Position numbers and translations under genes: made by a program. Shown piece by piece: positions 1 to 12,242 of a stretch of 64,000 bases of DNA. The notes beneath the pieces are model-generated. The model was given only the letters and a program-made list of their open reading frames with translations, did no database searches and had not been told where the DNA came from. Numbering within the stretch: position 1 is the first letter of the stretch; every line of letters starts with the position of its first letter. The DNA is from an uncultured Candidatus Rokubacteria bacterium (GTDB lineage: Bacteria > Methylomirabilota > Methylomirabilia > Rokubacteriales > CSP1-6), in the NCBI GenBank assembly GCA_963758635.1, contig CAVWWD010000003.1, positions 704,001-768,000 of the forward strand, written 5' to 3'.

Positions 1-76
1 AGCCTCGCGCATCAGACTAATGCCGAGCGGTGGGATTGTAGAGGCCCGTGGCGGTGACCGTATTCTGCGAGGGTCA

Positions 77-80
<4 letters not shown>
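1..80. repeat. Family A ~80-bp dispersed repeat (MITE/REP-like), copy 1
   Basis: Near-identical to 16396-16475 and 16478-16557; internal inverted ends CTAATG...CATTAG; contains the lepA stop codon (77-79). May continue left of the window. Confidence 0.85.
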
Positions 81-1867
<1,787 letters not shown>

Positions 1868-1920
1868 CAGGGCTCAGAGTATCACGTTTGGCGAGGCGGT
1901 CCGCCGCGGCTCCCGACGGC

Positions 1921-2976
1921 TCAGGCCGTCACGCGCGCGCCGTCGGGCACGACGGCGCCGGACGGGACGACCGCGCCCGCGTCGATCTGGGCGCGCGCGC
2001 CGATCCGGGCCCCCGCGCCAACCACGCAGTCGGCGAGGCGCGCCCCGGCGCCGACCGAGACGTCGTCCCAGAGCACCGTCCGCTCCACGACCGCGCCCGC
2101 ACCCACGACGCAGCCGTCGCCGAGGACGGCGGCGGGGCCCACTCGCGCGCCGGCGGCGACCCGGCAGCGCGCGCCGAGCACGACGGGCGCGTCCACGCGA
2201 GCGGCGGCGTCGATGTCGGCTCCCGCGCGCGCGTCGGTCGCCGCCGCCGGGGGCGCCACGCGGCTTCCGACACGACCGGCGAGGAGGTCGAGCTGGCCCT
2301 GGAGGTACTTGGCGGGGCTGCCGATGTCGAGCCAGTAGTTGTCCGCGACCCAGCCGTGGAACGGGATGCGGTCCTCGAGGAGCGCGGGGAAGAACTCGCG
2401 CTCGATCGACACCGGCCGTCCGGTTGGAATGCGCTCGAGGAGCGCGCGGTCGAGGGCGTACACGCCGGCGTTGATGGTGTCGGTGGTGATCAGCGTCGGA
2501 TCCGGCTTCTCGAGGAAGCGCGCCACGCGGCCGCCGTCGCCGAGCTCCACCAGGCCGTAGGCGCGGGGATCGGCCACCCGCGTCAGGTAGATCGTGGCCG
2601 CCGAGCCGCGCTCCCGGTGGAAGCGCAGCATGGCGCCGAGGTCGATGTCGGTGAGGACGTCGCCGTTCAGCACCACCACGAGCCCGTCCACGAGGCCGGC
2701 GGCGTTCCGCACGCCGCCCCCCGTGCCGAGCGGCTCCACCTCGACGGCGTAGGCCAGCCGCACGCCGTAGCGGGAGCCGTCGCCCATCGCGCGCTTCACC
2801 TCGTCGACCATGTAGGAGCAGGACAGGACCACGTCGCGCACGCCGTGCTCGCGGAGCAGCGCGAGCTGGTAGGCGAGGAACGGCACGTTGAGCAGGGGCA
2901 CGATCGGCTTCGGACGGGTGAGGGTGAGGGGGCGGAGCCGCGTGCCCTGGCCGCCGGCGAGGATGACCGCGGTTAT
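1921..2976 (-). CDS. NDP-sugar pyrophosphorylase (mannose-1-phosphate guanylyltransferase-like) with C-terminal hexapeptide repeats
   Basis: AVILAGGQGTRLRPLT..PKP, EPLGTGG, NGDVL, WLDIG, left-handed beta-helix tail; start uncertain (ATA 2976 or CTG 2991). Confidence 0.9.
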   Translation of the reverse strand: MTAVILAGGQGTRLRPLTLTRPKPIVPLLNVPFLAYQLALLREHGVRDVVLSCSYMVDEVKRAMGDGSRYGVRLAYAVEVEPLGTGGGVRNAAGLVDGLVVVLNGDVLTDIDLGAMLRFHRERGSAATIYLTRVADPRAYGLVELGDGGRVARFLEKPDPTLITTDTINAGVYALDRALLERIPTGRPVSIEREFFPALLEDRIPFHGWVADNYWLDIGSPAKYLQGQLDLLAGRVGSRVAPPAAATDARAGADIDAAARVDAPVVLGARCRVAAGARVGPAAVLGDGCVVGAGAVVERTVLWDDVSVGAGARLADCVVGAGARIGARAQIDAGAVVPSGAVVPDGARVTA

Positions 2977-3143
2977 CGGCCGGGCGTCCAGGGCGTCGCC
3001 TCGCTGACGAGCATGACGGGGATGCCGTCGCGGATCGGGTACGCCTTCTGGCACTTCGGGCAGATGATGCGTGTCTCCTCGAACAGGAGGTCGCCCTTGC
3101 ACGCCGGGCACGCGAGGATGGACTTGAGCTCCTCGTCGATCAT
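2973..3143 (-). CDS. Trm112/YcaR-family small zinc-binding protein
   Basis: MIDEELKSILACPACKGDL...CPKC..YPIRDGIPVML; RBS AAGGAG upstream. Confidence 0.92.
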   Translation of the reverse strand: MIDEELKSILACPACKGDLLFEETRIICPKCQKAYPIRDGIPVMLVSEATPWTPGR

Positions 3144-3160
3144 GGTCTGAGCTCCTTCTT

Positions 3161-3258
3161 GCGGACGTGACGAATGGAGATGTGCCACGCCGCGTGGACG
3201 CAGAATCGCGATGTCGGCCCGCTCGCCGACGTCATCCGCATGTCTTCACGGCCTGCCT
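3161..3258. repeat. Family B ~90-bp MITE-like repeat, copy 1
   Basis: Shares CGAATGG...GCGTG.ACGCA...GGCCCGCTCGCCGACGT...ATCCGCAT..CTTCACG with 15266-15364 and, inverted, 6470-6562; overlaps the 3' end of the epimerase gene. Confidence 0.75.
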
Positions 3259-4167
3259 GAAGAACTCGAAGGTGCGGGCCAGCCCCTCGTCGAGCGACAC
3301 CGCGGGGACCCAGCCGAGGAGCCGGGCGGCGCGCCCGGGGGCGAGGCAGCTCCGGCGCTGCTCCCCCGGCCGCGCGGGGCCGCGCTCGGCCTCGACGCGC
3401 ACGCCGGCCACGCGGCGGAGACGGCCATAGAGGTCGTTCACGGTGGTCTCGACGCCGGTGCCGATGTTGATCCCGCCGTCGACCTCGGGGCGATCGAGGG
3501 CGCGCACGTTCGCCGCGGCCACGTCCTCGACGTACACGTAGTCCCGCGTCTGCTCGCCGTCGCCGTTGACGATGGGCGGCTGGCCGGTGAGGAGGCGGTG
3601 GCAGAAGATGGCCACGACGCCCGCTTCGCCCTGGGGGTTCTGGCGGGGCCCGTAGACGTTGGCGTAGCGGAGCGACACCGCACGGATGCCGTGGATCGCC
3701 TTCCAGGCCGCGGCGTAGTGCTCCATCGCGACCTTGGTGATCCCGTACGGCGAGGCGGGCAGGCTCGGATGCTCCTCCGGCGTGGGGATCACGTCGGTGT
3801 CGCCGTAGCCGGCGCCGCCGCTCGACGAGTAGATGAGCTGGCGCACGCCGGCCCGCCGGCAGCACTCGAGCAGGTTCAGGCCGCCCATCACGTTGACACT
3901 GGCGTCGAAGGCGGGGTCCACGACGGACCGCGACACCGCGGCCTGCGCGGCGAGGTGCGCCACCGCCTCCGGCCGCTCCACCGCGAACACCTCGGCGAGC
4001 CGCGCGCTCCGGAGGTCGACCACGTGCAGCCGCGCCGCGGAGTTGACCAACGCCGCGCTCCCCGTGGCGAGGTTGTCCACCACCGACACGTCGTGGCCCC
4101 GTCCCACGAACGCGTCGACGACGTGCGACCCGATAAACCCCGCGCCGCCCGTGACGAGGATCCTCAT
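3232..4167 (-). CDS. NAD-dependent epimerase (UDP-glucose 4-epimerase-like)
   Basis: [13 protein letters not shown] (YxxxK), NVYGPRQ, GDGEQTRDYVYV. Confidence 0.92.
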   Translation of the reverse strand: MRILVTGGAGFIGSHVVDAFVGRGHDVSVVDNLATGSAALVNSAARLHVVDLRSARLAEVFAVERPEAVAHLAAQAAVSRSVVDPAFDASVNVMGGLNLLECCRRAGVRQLIYSSSGGAGYGDTDVIPTPEEHPSLPASPYGITKVAMEHYAAAWKAIHGIRAVSLRYANVYGPRQNPQGEAGVVAIFCHRLLTGQPPIVNGDGEQTRDYVYVEDVAAANVRALDRPEVDGGINIGTGVETTVNDLYGRLRRVAGVRVEAERGPARPGEQRRSCLAPGRAARLLGWVPAVSLDEGLARTFEFFRQAVKTCG

Positions 4168-4198
4168 GCGATCGATCCACCGCCGGCGACCAGGATCC

Positions 4199-5128
<930 letters not shown>

Positions 5129-5139
5129 GCCGCCGCCCC

Positions 5140-6450
5140 TCACTCGGGCGTGACGGCCCGACGCCCGATGGAGTGGTACTCGAAGCCGAGGCGCCGCATC
5201 CGCCCGGGCTCCCACAGGTTGCGCCCGTCGAAGACGATGGGGCGCCGGAGGAGCCCATGGAGGCGTTCGAGGTTGAGGAACTTGAACTCGTTCCACTCCG
5301 TGACGAGGACGAGCGCGTCCGCGCCGTCCGCGGCGGCGTAGGGCGAGTCGCAGAACGTGACGTCGGCGGGCACGAGGGGCCGGGCCTTGGCCATGGCCAC
5401 GGGGTCGTACACCTTGATCGCCGCGCCTTCGGCGTGGAGCGCCCCGATCACGTCCAGGCTCTTCGCCTCGCGGACGTCGTCGGTGTTGGGCTTGAAGGCC
5501 AGGCCGAGCACGGCGATGGTCCGGGCGGCGAGCGGGTCGAGCGCCTTCTTGACACTGGCCACGAGGTGCGCGGCGCGGCGCTTGTTGATCTCCGCCACCG
5601 AGCGCAGCAGCTTGAAGTCGTGGCCGAGCCGGGCCGCGGTGTGGACGAGGGAGTCCACGTCCTTGGGGAAGCACGAGCCGCCGTAGCCGAGGCCGGGCTG
5701 CAGGAAGGCCTGGCCGATGCGCGAGTCGAGCCCCATGCCCTTCACGACGTGGGTCACGTCGGCGCCCGCCGACTCGCAGAGGTCGGCGATGGCGTTGATG
5801 AACGAGATCTTCGCGGCGAGGAAGGCGTTGGAGGCGTACTTGATCATCTCCGCCGACGGGAGGTCGGTGATGATCATGGGCCGCTCCAGCGGCGCGTAGA
5901 GCTCGACCAGCTTCATCGCCACCTGCTGGGTGGGCGCGCCGATCACGATGCGGTCGGGGCGGAGGGTGTCCTCGATGGCGGAGCCCTCGCGGAGGAACTC
6001 GGGGTTCGAGACCACGTCGAACTCGACGGGCGTCGCCTGGTTGCGCGCGATGACCTCGCGCACGAGCTCGCCCGTGCCCACCGGCGACGTGGACTTGTTC
6101 ACCACGACCTTGTAGCGGTCCATGCAGCGTCCGAGCTCGGTGGCCACCGCCTCCACCTGGGAGAGGTCCGTCTCGCCGTCGTCCTTGGCCGGCGTGCCGA
6201 CGGCGATGAAGATCACGTCGGAGCGGCGGACGGCGTCAGGGAGCTCGGTGGTGAAGGACAGGCGCCCGTCCTGCGCGTTGCGGGTGACCATCTCCTCGAG
6301 GCCGGGCTCGTAGATCGGCATCTGTCCGGCCCGCAGGGCCTCGATCTTGGCCGGCACCGCGTCCACGCACACCACGTCGTTGCCGAGGTCGGCGAAGACG
6401 GCGCCCGTGACGAGGCCGACGTATCCGGTGCCGACCACGCAGATGTTCAT
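5140..6450 (-). CDS. ugd: UDP-glucose 6-dehydrogenase
   Basis: [39 protein letters not shown]. Confidence 0.96.
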   Translation of the reverse strand: MNICVVGTGYVGLVTGAVFADLGNDVVCVDAVPAKIEALRAGQMPIYEPGLEEMVTRNAQDGRLSFTTELPDAVRRSDVIFIAVGTPAKDDGETDLSQVEAVATELGRCMDRYKVVVNKSTSPVGTGELVREVIARNQATPVEFDVVSNPEFLREGSAIEDTLRPDRIVIGAPTQQVAMKLVELYAPLERPMIITDLPSAEMIKYASNAFLAAKISFINAIADLCESAGADVTHVVKGMGLDSRIGQAFLQPGLGYGGSCFPKDVDSLVHTAARLGHDFKLLRSVAEINKRRAAHLVASVKKALDPLAARTIAVLGLAFKPNTDDVREAKSLDVIGALHAEGAAIKVYDPVAMAKARPLVPADVTFCDSPYAAADGADALVLVTEWNEFKFLNLERLHGLLRRPIVFDGRNLWEPGRMRRLGFEYHSIGRRAVTPE

Positions 6451-6469
6451 GAATGTCCGATCTTATCAG

Positions 6470-6562
6470 ACGCGTTGTGACGGAACGTGGATTTCGGCTT
6501 CGCCGTGTGGGCCAACGCCGCGTTCTGCGTGCATGCGCGAAGCGGTGTCGCCATGCATTCCA
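6470..6562. repeat. Family B MITE-like repeat, copy 2 (inverted)
   Basis: Reverse complement aligns with 15273-15360 (ATGGCGA..CGCAGAACGCGGCGTTGGCCC..GAAATCC..TTCC.TCAC.AC). Confidence 0.7.
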
Positions 6563-6564
6563 GC

Positions 6565-7518
6565 TCAGAGGACATGGCGCGCGAGACGCTCGCCGACGAG
6601 CGCGACGAAGAGCAGGAGCAGGTACACGTTCGAGAACAGGAAGAGCGCGAGCCAGCCCCGCTGGTCCTCCGGATGGCGAGCGAAGCGCGTCGCGAGCCTG
6701 ATCAGGCGGAAGCCCAGGAGCGCGGCGGCGACGAGCGAGACGGGCCCGCCGAGGCCGAACGTGGGCGCGGCGAGCGAGAGCGCGGTGAGCCCGAAGGCGT
6801 AGACCAGGATGAGCCGCGCCGTGCCGTCCACGCCCACCGCCTCGGACACCATCGGGAACCCGCCCGCCGCGTAGTCGGCGCGGTAGCGCAGGGCGAGCGC
6901 CCAGAAGTGCGGCATCTGCCAGAGAAACAGGATCCCGAAGAGGATCACCGCGCCGGCATCGCCGAGGCCCCCGCCACCCGCGACCCATCCGATGACCGGC
7001 GGCAGGGCGCCCGGCACCGCGCCCGGCACCGCGGCGAACGACGAGTGGACCTTCAGCCAGGGGGTGTAGACGCCGTTGTAGAACGCGGCGGCGAGGAGCC
7101 CGAGGGCGCCCGCGGTCGGGCCCACGGCGAACCAGAGGAGGGCGGCCCCCGCGGCGATGCCGAGCCCCGCGAACAGGCTGCCCTGCGCGAGCGACAGGCG
7201 CCCCGACGGCAGCGGCCGGCCGGCCGTCCGGGCCATCAGCGCGTCGCGCCGGCGCTCCTGCACCTGGTTCAGCGCGGACGCGCCGCACGACAGGAGCATC
7301 ACGCCGGACAGCATCGCGAGGCCGCGCCGCCACGGGAAGTCGGGGCCCAGCGGGGCGGCGAGCATGAAGCCCGCCGCCGCCGACACGAGGACCAGCGTGA
7401 CGATCCCGAGCTTCGAGAGCTCGGCGTAGGCGCTCACGTGCGTGCCGACGGCGCCGCGCCGCCGGTCCGTGTGGCCGTCGCCGATGGCGCTCTCGCGGGG
7501 CGGCGGGCGCTCAGGCAC
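6565..7518 (-). CDS. ctaB: Protoheme IX farnesyltransferase (heme O synthase)
   Basis: NQVQERRRDALMARTAGRPLPSG, YTPWLK, GALPPVIGW, WQMPHFWALA..DY; start approximate (GTG 7518). Confidence 0.93.
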   Translation of the reverse strand: MPERPPPRESAIGDGHTDRRRGAVGTHVSAYAELSKLGIVTLVLVSAAAGFMLAAPLGPDFPWRRGLAMLSGVMLLSCGASALNQVQERRRDALMARTAGRPLPSGRLSLAQGSLFAGLGIAAGAALLWFAVGPTAGALGLLAAAFYNGVYTPWLKVHSSFAAVPGAVPGALPPVIGWVAGGGGLGDAGAVILFGILFLWQMPHFWALALRYRADYAAGGFPMVSEAVGVDGTARLILVYAFGLTALSLAAPTFGLGGPVSLVAAALLGFRLIRLATRFARHPEDQRGWLALFLFSNVYLLLLFVALVGERLARHVL

Positions 7519-8461
7519 GGGCCATGGTCCCGAGCGGGTCGCGGGAGGCGCGAGCCGCCGTCCGGCCGCCCCCGAGGATGCCGAGCGCCGTCCACACGAC
7601 CACCCCCCACAGGGCGTAGCCGACGGCGGCATGGGCCGCCCTGATGGGCGGGCTCAGCTGGAGCAGCACGGTCGTGATGCCGAGCGCGACCTGCACGGCC
7701 GCCACCGCCAGGGCCAGCGCGGGCCCGCCACCGGCGCCCGCGCGCCGCCCCGCCGCGGCGAGGTGGACGAAGTGCGCGAGGAGCAGCACGCCGAGCCAGC
7801 GGTGCACCCAGTGCACGACGGCCAGCCACCGGTCCGGGAAGACGTCGCCGCTGCACAGCGGGAAGTCGGGGCAGGCGAGGCCGGCGCCGGAGTGCCGCAC
7901 GTACCCGCCGAGGGCGAGCTGCGCGAGCAGCGCCCCCACCGCGGCGGCGGCGAGCCGGCCCGCCTTCGCGCGAGCCGCGTCCGTGTCGCGGTGGCCGCCT
8001 CCGCGCGCGGGCGCGTCCGCGTCGGCGTCGCGCAGCTTTCGGCACAGGGCGAGGAGCCCGGCGAAGATCAGGAGCGCGTTGACGAGGTGCGCGGTGCTGA
8101 TCAGGTGCGGAAGCCGGAGCAGCACCGTGATGCCGCCGAGGAGGATCTGCACCGCGAGCAGCACCAGCAGCGCCGTGCCGAGCCGGGCGGTGCCCGCGCG
8201 GGGGGCGCGCCGCATGCTGGCGACGATCGTGGCCACGAGGAGCACGGACGTGAGGGCCGCGGCCACGCGATGCCCGTACTCGATGAGCACGTCGGGGCGG
8301 AACGGCGGCACCAGGCGGCCATGGCAGAGCGGCCAGTCCGGGCAGGCGAGGCCGGAGCCGGTGGCGCTCACCACGTTGCCGAGCGTCATGAGGACGAACA
8401 GCGCGCCCACCGTCGACCAGGCCAGCGCGCGGAGCCCGCGGCCGGCGCGCTCAGGAGCCAT
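7511..8461 (-). CDS. ctaA: Heme A synthase (COX15/CtaA)
   Basis: GLACPDWPLC, EYGHR, second GLACPDFPLC, HWVHR; eight hydrophobic segments. Confidence 0.92.
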   Translation of the reverse strand: MAPERAGRGLRALAWSTVGALFVLMTLGNVVSATGSGLACPDWPLCHGRLVPPFRPDVLIEYGHRVAAALTSVLLVATIVASMRRAPRAGTARLGTALLVLLAVQILLGGITVLLRLPHLISTAHLVNALLIFAGLLALCRKLRDADADAPARGGGHRDTDAARAKAGRLAAAAVGALLAQLALGGYVRHSGAGLACPDFPLCSGDVFPDRWLAVVHWVHRWLGVLLLAHFVHLAAAGRRAGAGGGPALALAVAAVQVALGITTVLLQLSPPIRAAHAAVGYALWGVVVWTALGILGGGRTAARASRDPLGTMARA

Positions 8462-9317
8462 GCCGCACCGGGTCGGGCTCGAGGGCCACGTCGTCCCCGC
8501 CCGCGGCCTGCCAGCGGAAGAACACGATGGAGATCGCGGTGAGGAACACGAGGCCGCCGGGGATCCACATGATGATCCCCCCGAGGTGCTGGTCGGCCTG
8601 CGCGGTCAGCGACGGGAACACCCGGGGCGCCGCCGCGTACCACGGGTAGAGGACGCCGTCGGCCATGGCGATGAAGATCGACACCACGACCATGGGCAGC
8701 CCCACCACGAACAGGTAGAGGAGCTGCACCGGGTACGCCGCCCGGGGCAGGGTCCGCGTGGGCGAGAGCACCGGCCACCACAGCAGCACCGACCCCGCGA
8801 GGATCATCAGGTGCTGGACGATGTGCACGGGATGCACGGACATCGCGAGGTTGTAGAGCGGGGGGAGGTGCCACGAGACGAGGATGAGGTTGAAGGCGGC
8901 GAACGCGCCGCTCGGCCGCGTGAGCGGTTGGGCGAGCCGGCGAAGGGCGGGGGGCGCGACGAGCGCGTCGCCCAGCCAGGGCGGGATGCCGGCCAGGAAC
9001 AGCGGGACCACCACGAAGGCGAGCAGGAGGTGCTGCACCATGTGGGCGCTGAACAGGTAGTAGTCGGACAGGTCGTGCAGGGGGCCGGTCAGCGAGCCGA
9101 ACATCACGGCGAGGCCGGCGTAGAACGCCACGGCTCGCCCGATCGGGACACGCGCGCCGGGAGCGGCCCCGGTCCGCCGCAGGATGGCCGCCGCGTAGAG
9201 GCCTCCGAAGGCGGCGAGGCCGGTCACCAGCACGGGGTCGGCGTTCCAGACGGTCCAGTCGAACCCCTCGGGCGGAAGGGGCGGCGGCCCCCCCGGCCCG
9301 GGTACTCCGTGGGCCAT
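8451..9317 (-). CDS. ctaG: Cytochrome c oxidase caa3 assembly factor (CtaG type)
   Basis: LFSAHMVQHLLL, WHLPPLY, HIVQH, DQHLGGIIMWIPG. Confidence 0.88.
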   Translation of the reverse strand: MAHGVPGPGGPPPLPPEGFDWTVWNADPVLVTGLAAFGGLYAAAILRRTGAAPGARVPIGRAVAFYAGLAVMFGSLTGPLHDLSDYYLFSAHMVQHLLLAFVVVPLFLAGIPPWLGDALVAPPALRRLAQPLTRPSGAFAAFNLILVSWHLPPLYNLAMSVHPVHIVQHLMILAGSVLLWWPVLSPTRTLPRAAYPVQLLYLFVVGLPMVVVSIFIAMADGVLYPWYAAAPRVFPSLTAQADQHLGGIIMWIPGGLVFLTAISIVFFRWQAAGGDDVALEPDPVRHGS

Positions 9318-9318
9318 C

Positions 9319-9398
9319 CTAGTGCGGCCTATTCCTGACCGAGTTCAGCGGACGAGGGGTCTGTGCCACGACCATTGGCAAATGCTGCGGACCGACTA
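9319..9398. repeat. Candidate 80-bp MITE-like insert with imperfect terminal inverted repeats
   Basis: Ends TAGTGCGGCC / GGACCGACTA; lower GC than flanks; fills the ctaF-ctaG gap; single copy in window. Confidence 0.35.
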
Positions 9399-9747
9399 CG
9401 GGCGCGGCAGGAGCACGAACGCGCTGAAGAGGGCCATCAGCGCGACGATGATGCAGATGGCGATGATCAGCGGCCCGATGAACAGGCTTCGCATGATGTT
9501 GTGGTCGTAGCGCAGGTGCATGAAGAAGCCCACGACGAGGACGAACTTCACCGCGGACATGCCGAGCAGGCTCACGACGAGGAGCGTGTTCGGGATGCCG
9601 GGCACGTAGAGGGTGGCGACCTCGATGGCGGTGATCACGGCGAGGACGATCGCGACGTTGATGTAGGTGCGGGTGGTCGCGTGCCCGCCGCGCGTGGGCG
9701 GCGGCGCTCGGCGCGTGGTGCCCGGCGGTCGAGTGGGAGTCGGCCAT
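9396..9747 (-). CDS. ctaF: Cytochrome c oxidase subunit IV (frameshift near 9690-9720)
   Basis: His-rich N-terminus, then ..RTYINVAIVLAVITAIEV...AVKFVLVVGFFMHLRYD in another frame. Confidence 0.85.
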
Positions 9748-9757
9748 GTCGGGGCTC

Positions 9758-10381
9758 CTACGGGATCAGATAGATGATCGTGAAGATGGCGATCCAGACG
9801 ATGTCCACGAAGTGCCAGTACAGGCCGGCGATCTCCACCTTCGTGTAGTCACGCGCGTCGAGCTTCCCCCGCAGGTTCAGCACCCAGAGCCCCAGGAGCC
9901 AGATGACGCCGCCGGTGACGTGGGCGCCGTGGAAGCCGGTGAGGACGAAGAAGCTCGACCCGAACAGGTTCGTCGACAGCGTGAGGCCGTCGTGGAGGGC
10001 GAACGTGGCGAACTCGTAGACCTGGTTGAGCACGAAGTGGGCGCCGAGCAGCGCGGTGGCGAGGAGCCACCACCCCGTCCACTTCCGGTCGTGGCGCTGC
10101 AGCGCGGCGAGGGCGAGCACCATGGTGAGCGAGGAGGCCAGCAGGACCGCCGCGCTCTCGGACGTGAGCGGGATGTTGAACACGTCGTGGGGCCCGGGGC
10201 CGGTGAGGCTCTTGCCCTTGTAGGACAGGTACGTCCCGATGAGCGAGCCGAAGAACATGCAGTCCGACCCGAGGAAGATCCACATGCCCACCTTGCGGTT
10301 GTCGAGACCCGTGTTGCCGAGGTTCGGGTCGTGGTGGGCGTGGGCGGTGGCGGCGCCGTGCGCGGCGTGTGCGTCGGCCAT
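9758..10381 (-). CDS. ctaE: Cytochrome c oxidase subunit III
   Basis: GMWIFLGSDCMFFGSL, LTGFHGAHVTGG, GLYWHFVDIVW. Confidence 0.95.
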   Translation of the reverse strand: MADAHAAHGAATAHAHHDPNLGNTGLDNRKVGMWIFLGSDCMFFGSLIGTYLSYKGKSLTGPGPHDVFNIPLTSESAAVLLASSLTMVLALAALQRHDRKWTGWWLLATALLGAHFVLNQVYEFATFALHDGLTLSTNLFGSSFFVLTGFHGAHVTGGVIWLLGLWVLNLRGKLDARDYTKVEIAGLYWHFVDIVWIAIFTIIYLIP

Positions 10382-12234
10382 CAGTGGGTCCCCTCGGGCG
10401 GGTGGTGGTACTCCAGCGCGAACTTGAACATGCAGTAGAGCGTGAGCAGGCCGCCGATGACGATCTGCCAGGTGCTGATCATGATGCCCGAGATCATCAC
10501 GGTGAGGGCCATGGCGAGCAGGATCGGCCAGTAGGACGGCGGCGGCATGTGGATGGCCGCGATGGCCTCCCGGGTCGGCGCGGGGGGCCGGGGCGTGGGC
10601 GCGCCGCCGTGCCCGTCGCCGTGCTTCTGGAGCCACAGCTCGTCGCGGCCGTGCACGGTGGGGATCACCCCGAAGTTGTAGACGGGCGGCGGCGAGGAGA
10701 TCGCCCACTCGAGCGTCCGGGCGTCCCACGGATCGGGGCCGGCCACGACCCCCGACCGCTGGGTCTTGATCGCGTTGACGATGAACACCACCATCGACAG
10801 CGCGATGATGAACGCGCCGATCGTCGAGACCATGTTCCAGAAGTTCCAGCCGAGGTCCGGCGCGTACGTATAGATGCGCCGGGGCATGCCGATGAGCCCC
10901 AGGTAGTGCTGCGGGAAGAAGGTCATGTTGAAGCCGAGCATCATCAGCCAGAAGTGCGCCTTCCCGAGCCGCTCGTCGAGCAGCCGCCCGTACATCTTCG
11001 GCCACCAGTAGTAGATCCCGGAGAAGATCCCGAAGATCGAGCCGCCGAACAGCACGTAGTGGAAGTGGGCGACCACGAAGTACGTGTCGGTCTGCTGCAG
11101 GTCCACGGGCGGCGAGGCGTGCATGACGCCGGACAGCCCGCCCATCGTGAACATGGCGATGAAGCCGAGCGAGAAGTACATCGCGGTCGTGAAGCGCAGG
11201 TTGCCGCCCCAGAGCGTGGACACCCAGTTGAGGATCTTCACGCCGGTGGGCACGGCGATGAGCATGGTGGCGATGGAGAAGGCCGAGTCGGCGACCGGGC
11301 CCATGCCCACCGAGAACATGTGGTGGCTCCACACGCCGAAGCCGAAGAAGCCGATGGTGATCCCGGAGTAGATGACGACGGGGGCCCCGAAGAGCGGCTT
11401 GCGCGCGAAGGTGGGCAGTACCTCGGAGACGATCCCCATCGCGGGCAGGATCAGGATGTACACCTCGGGGTGACCGAAGATCCAGAAGAGGTGCTGCCAC
11501 AGGAGGGGATCGCCGCCGGCCTGCGCCGAGTAGAAGAGCGTGCCGAAGAAGCGGTCGAACATCAGGAGGATCAGCGCCACCGTGATCGCGGGGAAGGCGA
11601 GCACGAGCAGGAACTGGGTGACGAAGCTCATCCAGATGAACACCGGCATGCGCATCAGGGTCATGCCGGGCGCGCGCATGTTGATGATGGTCACGATGAA
11701 GTTGAAGCCCGCGAGCATCGAGGCGATGCCGAGGATCTGCAGGCCGAGCATCCAGAAGTCGATGTTGGCGCCGGGCGAGTACTGCCTCGCCGTGAGGTTG
11801 GCGTACCCGAACCACCCGCCGTCCGGCGCGGCCCCGAACAGGAAGCTCACGTGCAGGAACAGGCCGCCGAGGATGAAGATCCAGTAGCTCAGCGCGTTCA
11901 GCCGCGGGAACGCCACGTCCCGCGCCCCGATCATGAGCGGGATCATGAAATTGAAGAACGCGGCGGACAGCGGCATGATCGCCAGGAACACCATCGTGGT
12001 GCCGTGCATCGTGAACAGCTCGTTGAACGTCTTGGCGCTCACCAGCGTGTTGTCGGGACGCGCGAGCTGCGTCCGCATGATGAGCGCCTCGATCCCGCCG
12101 ATCAGGAAGAAGATGAAGGCCGAGGTCCCGTAGAGGAGCCCGATCCGCTTGTGGTCCACGGTGGTGATCCAGGACCAGAGCACGCTCTGGGTCTTCGTCT
12201 CCGCCCCCGGCATGAACGCCGCTTGTGTGGCCAT
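10381..12234 (-). CDS. ctaD: Cytochrome c oxidase subunit I (A1 type)
   Basis: TMHGT, WIFGHPEVY, WSHHMF, HFHYV, GMPRRIY; two extra C-terminal TM helices. Confidence 0.97.
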   Translation of the reverse strand: MATQAAFMPGAETKTQSVLWSWITTVDHKRIGLLYGTSAFIFFLIGGIEALIMRTQLARPDNTLVSAKTFNELFTMHGTTMVFLAIMPLSAAFFNFMIPLMIGARDVAFPRLNALSYWIFILGGLFLHVSFLFGAAPDGGWFGYANLTARQYSPGANIDFWMLGLQILGIASMLAGFNFIVTIINMRAPGMTLMRMPVFIWMSFVTQFLLVLAFPAITVALILLMFDRFFGTLFYSAQAGGDPLLWQHLFWIFGHPEVYILILPAMGIVSEVLPTFARKPLFGAPVVIYSGITIGFFGFGVWSHHMFSVGMGPVADSAFSIATMLIAVPTGVKILNWVSTLWGGNLRFTTAMYFSLGFIAMFTMGGLSGVMHASPPVDLQQTDTYFVVAHFHYVLFGGSIFGIFSGIYYWWPKMYGRLLDERLGKAHFWLMMLGFNMTFFPQHYLGLIGMPRRIYTYAPDLGWNFWNMVSTIGAFIIALSMVVFIVNAIKTQRSGVVAGPDPWDARTLEWAISSPPPVYNFGVIPTVHGRDELWLQKHGDGHGGAPTPRPPAPTREAIAAIHMPPPSYWPILLAMALTVMISGIMISTWQIVIGGLLTLYCMFKFALEYHHPPEGTH

Positions 12235-12242
12235 GGGATCCT

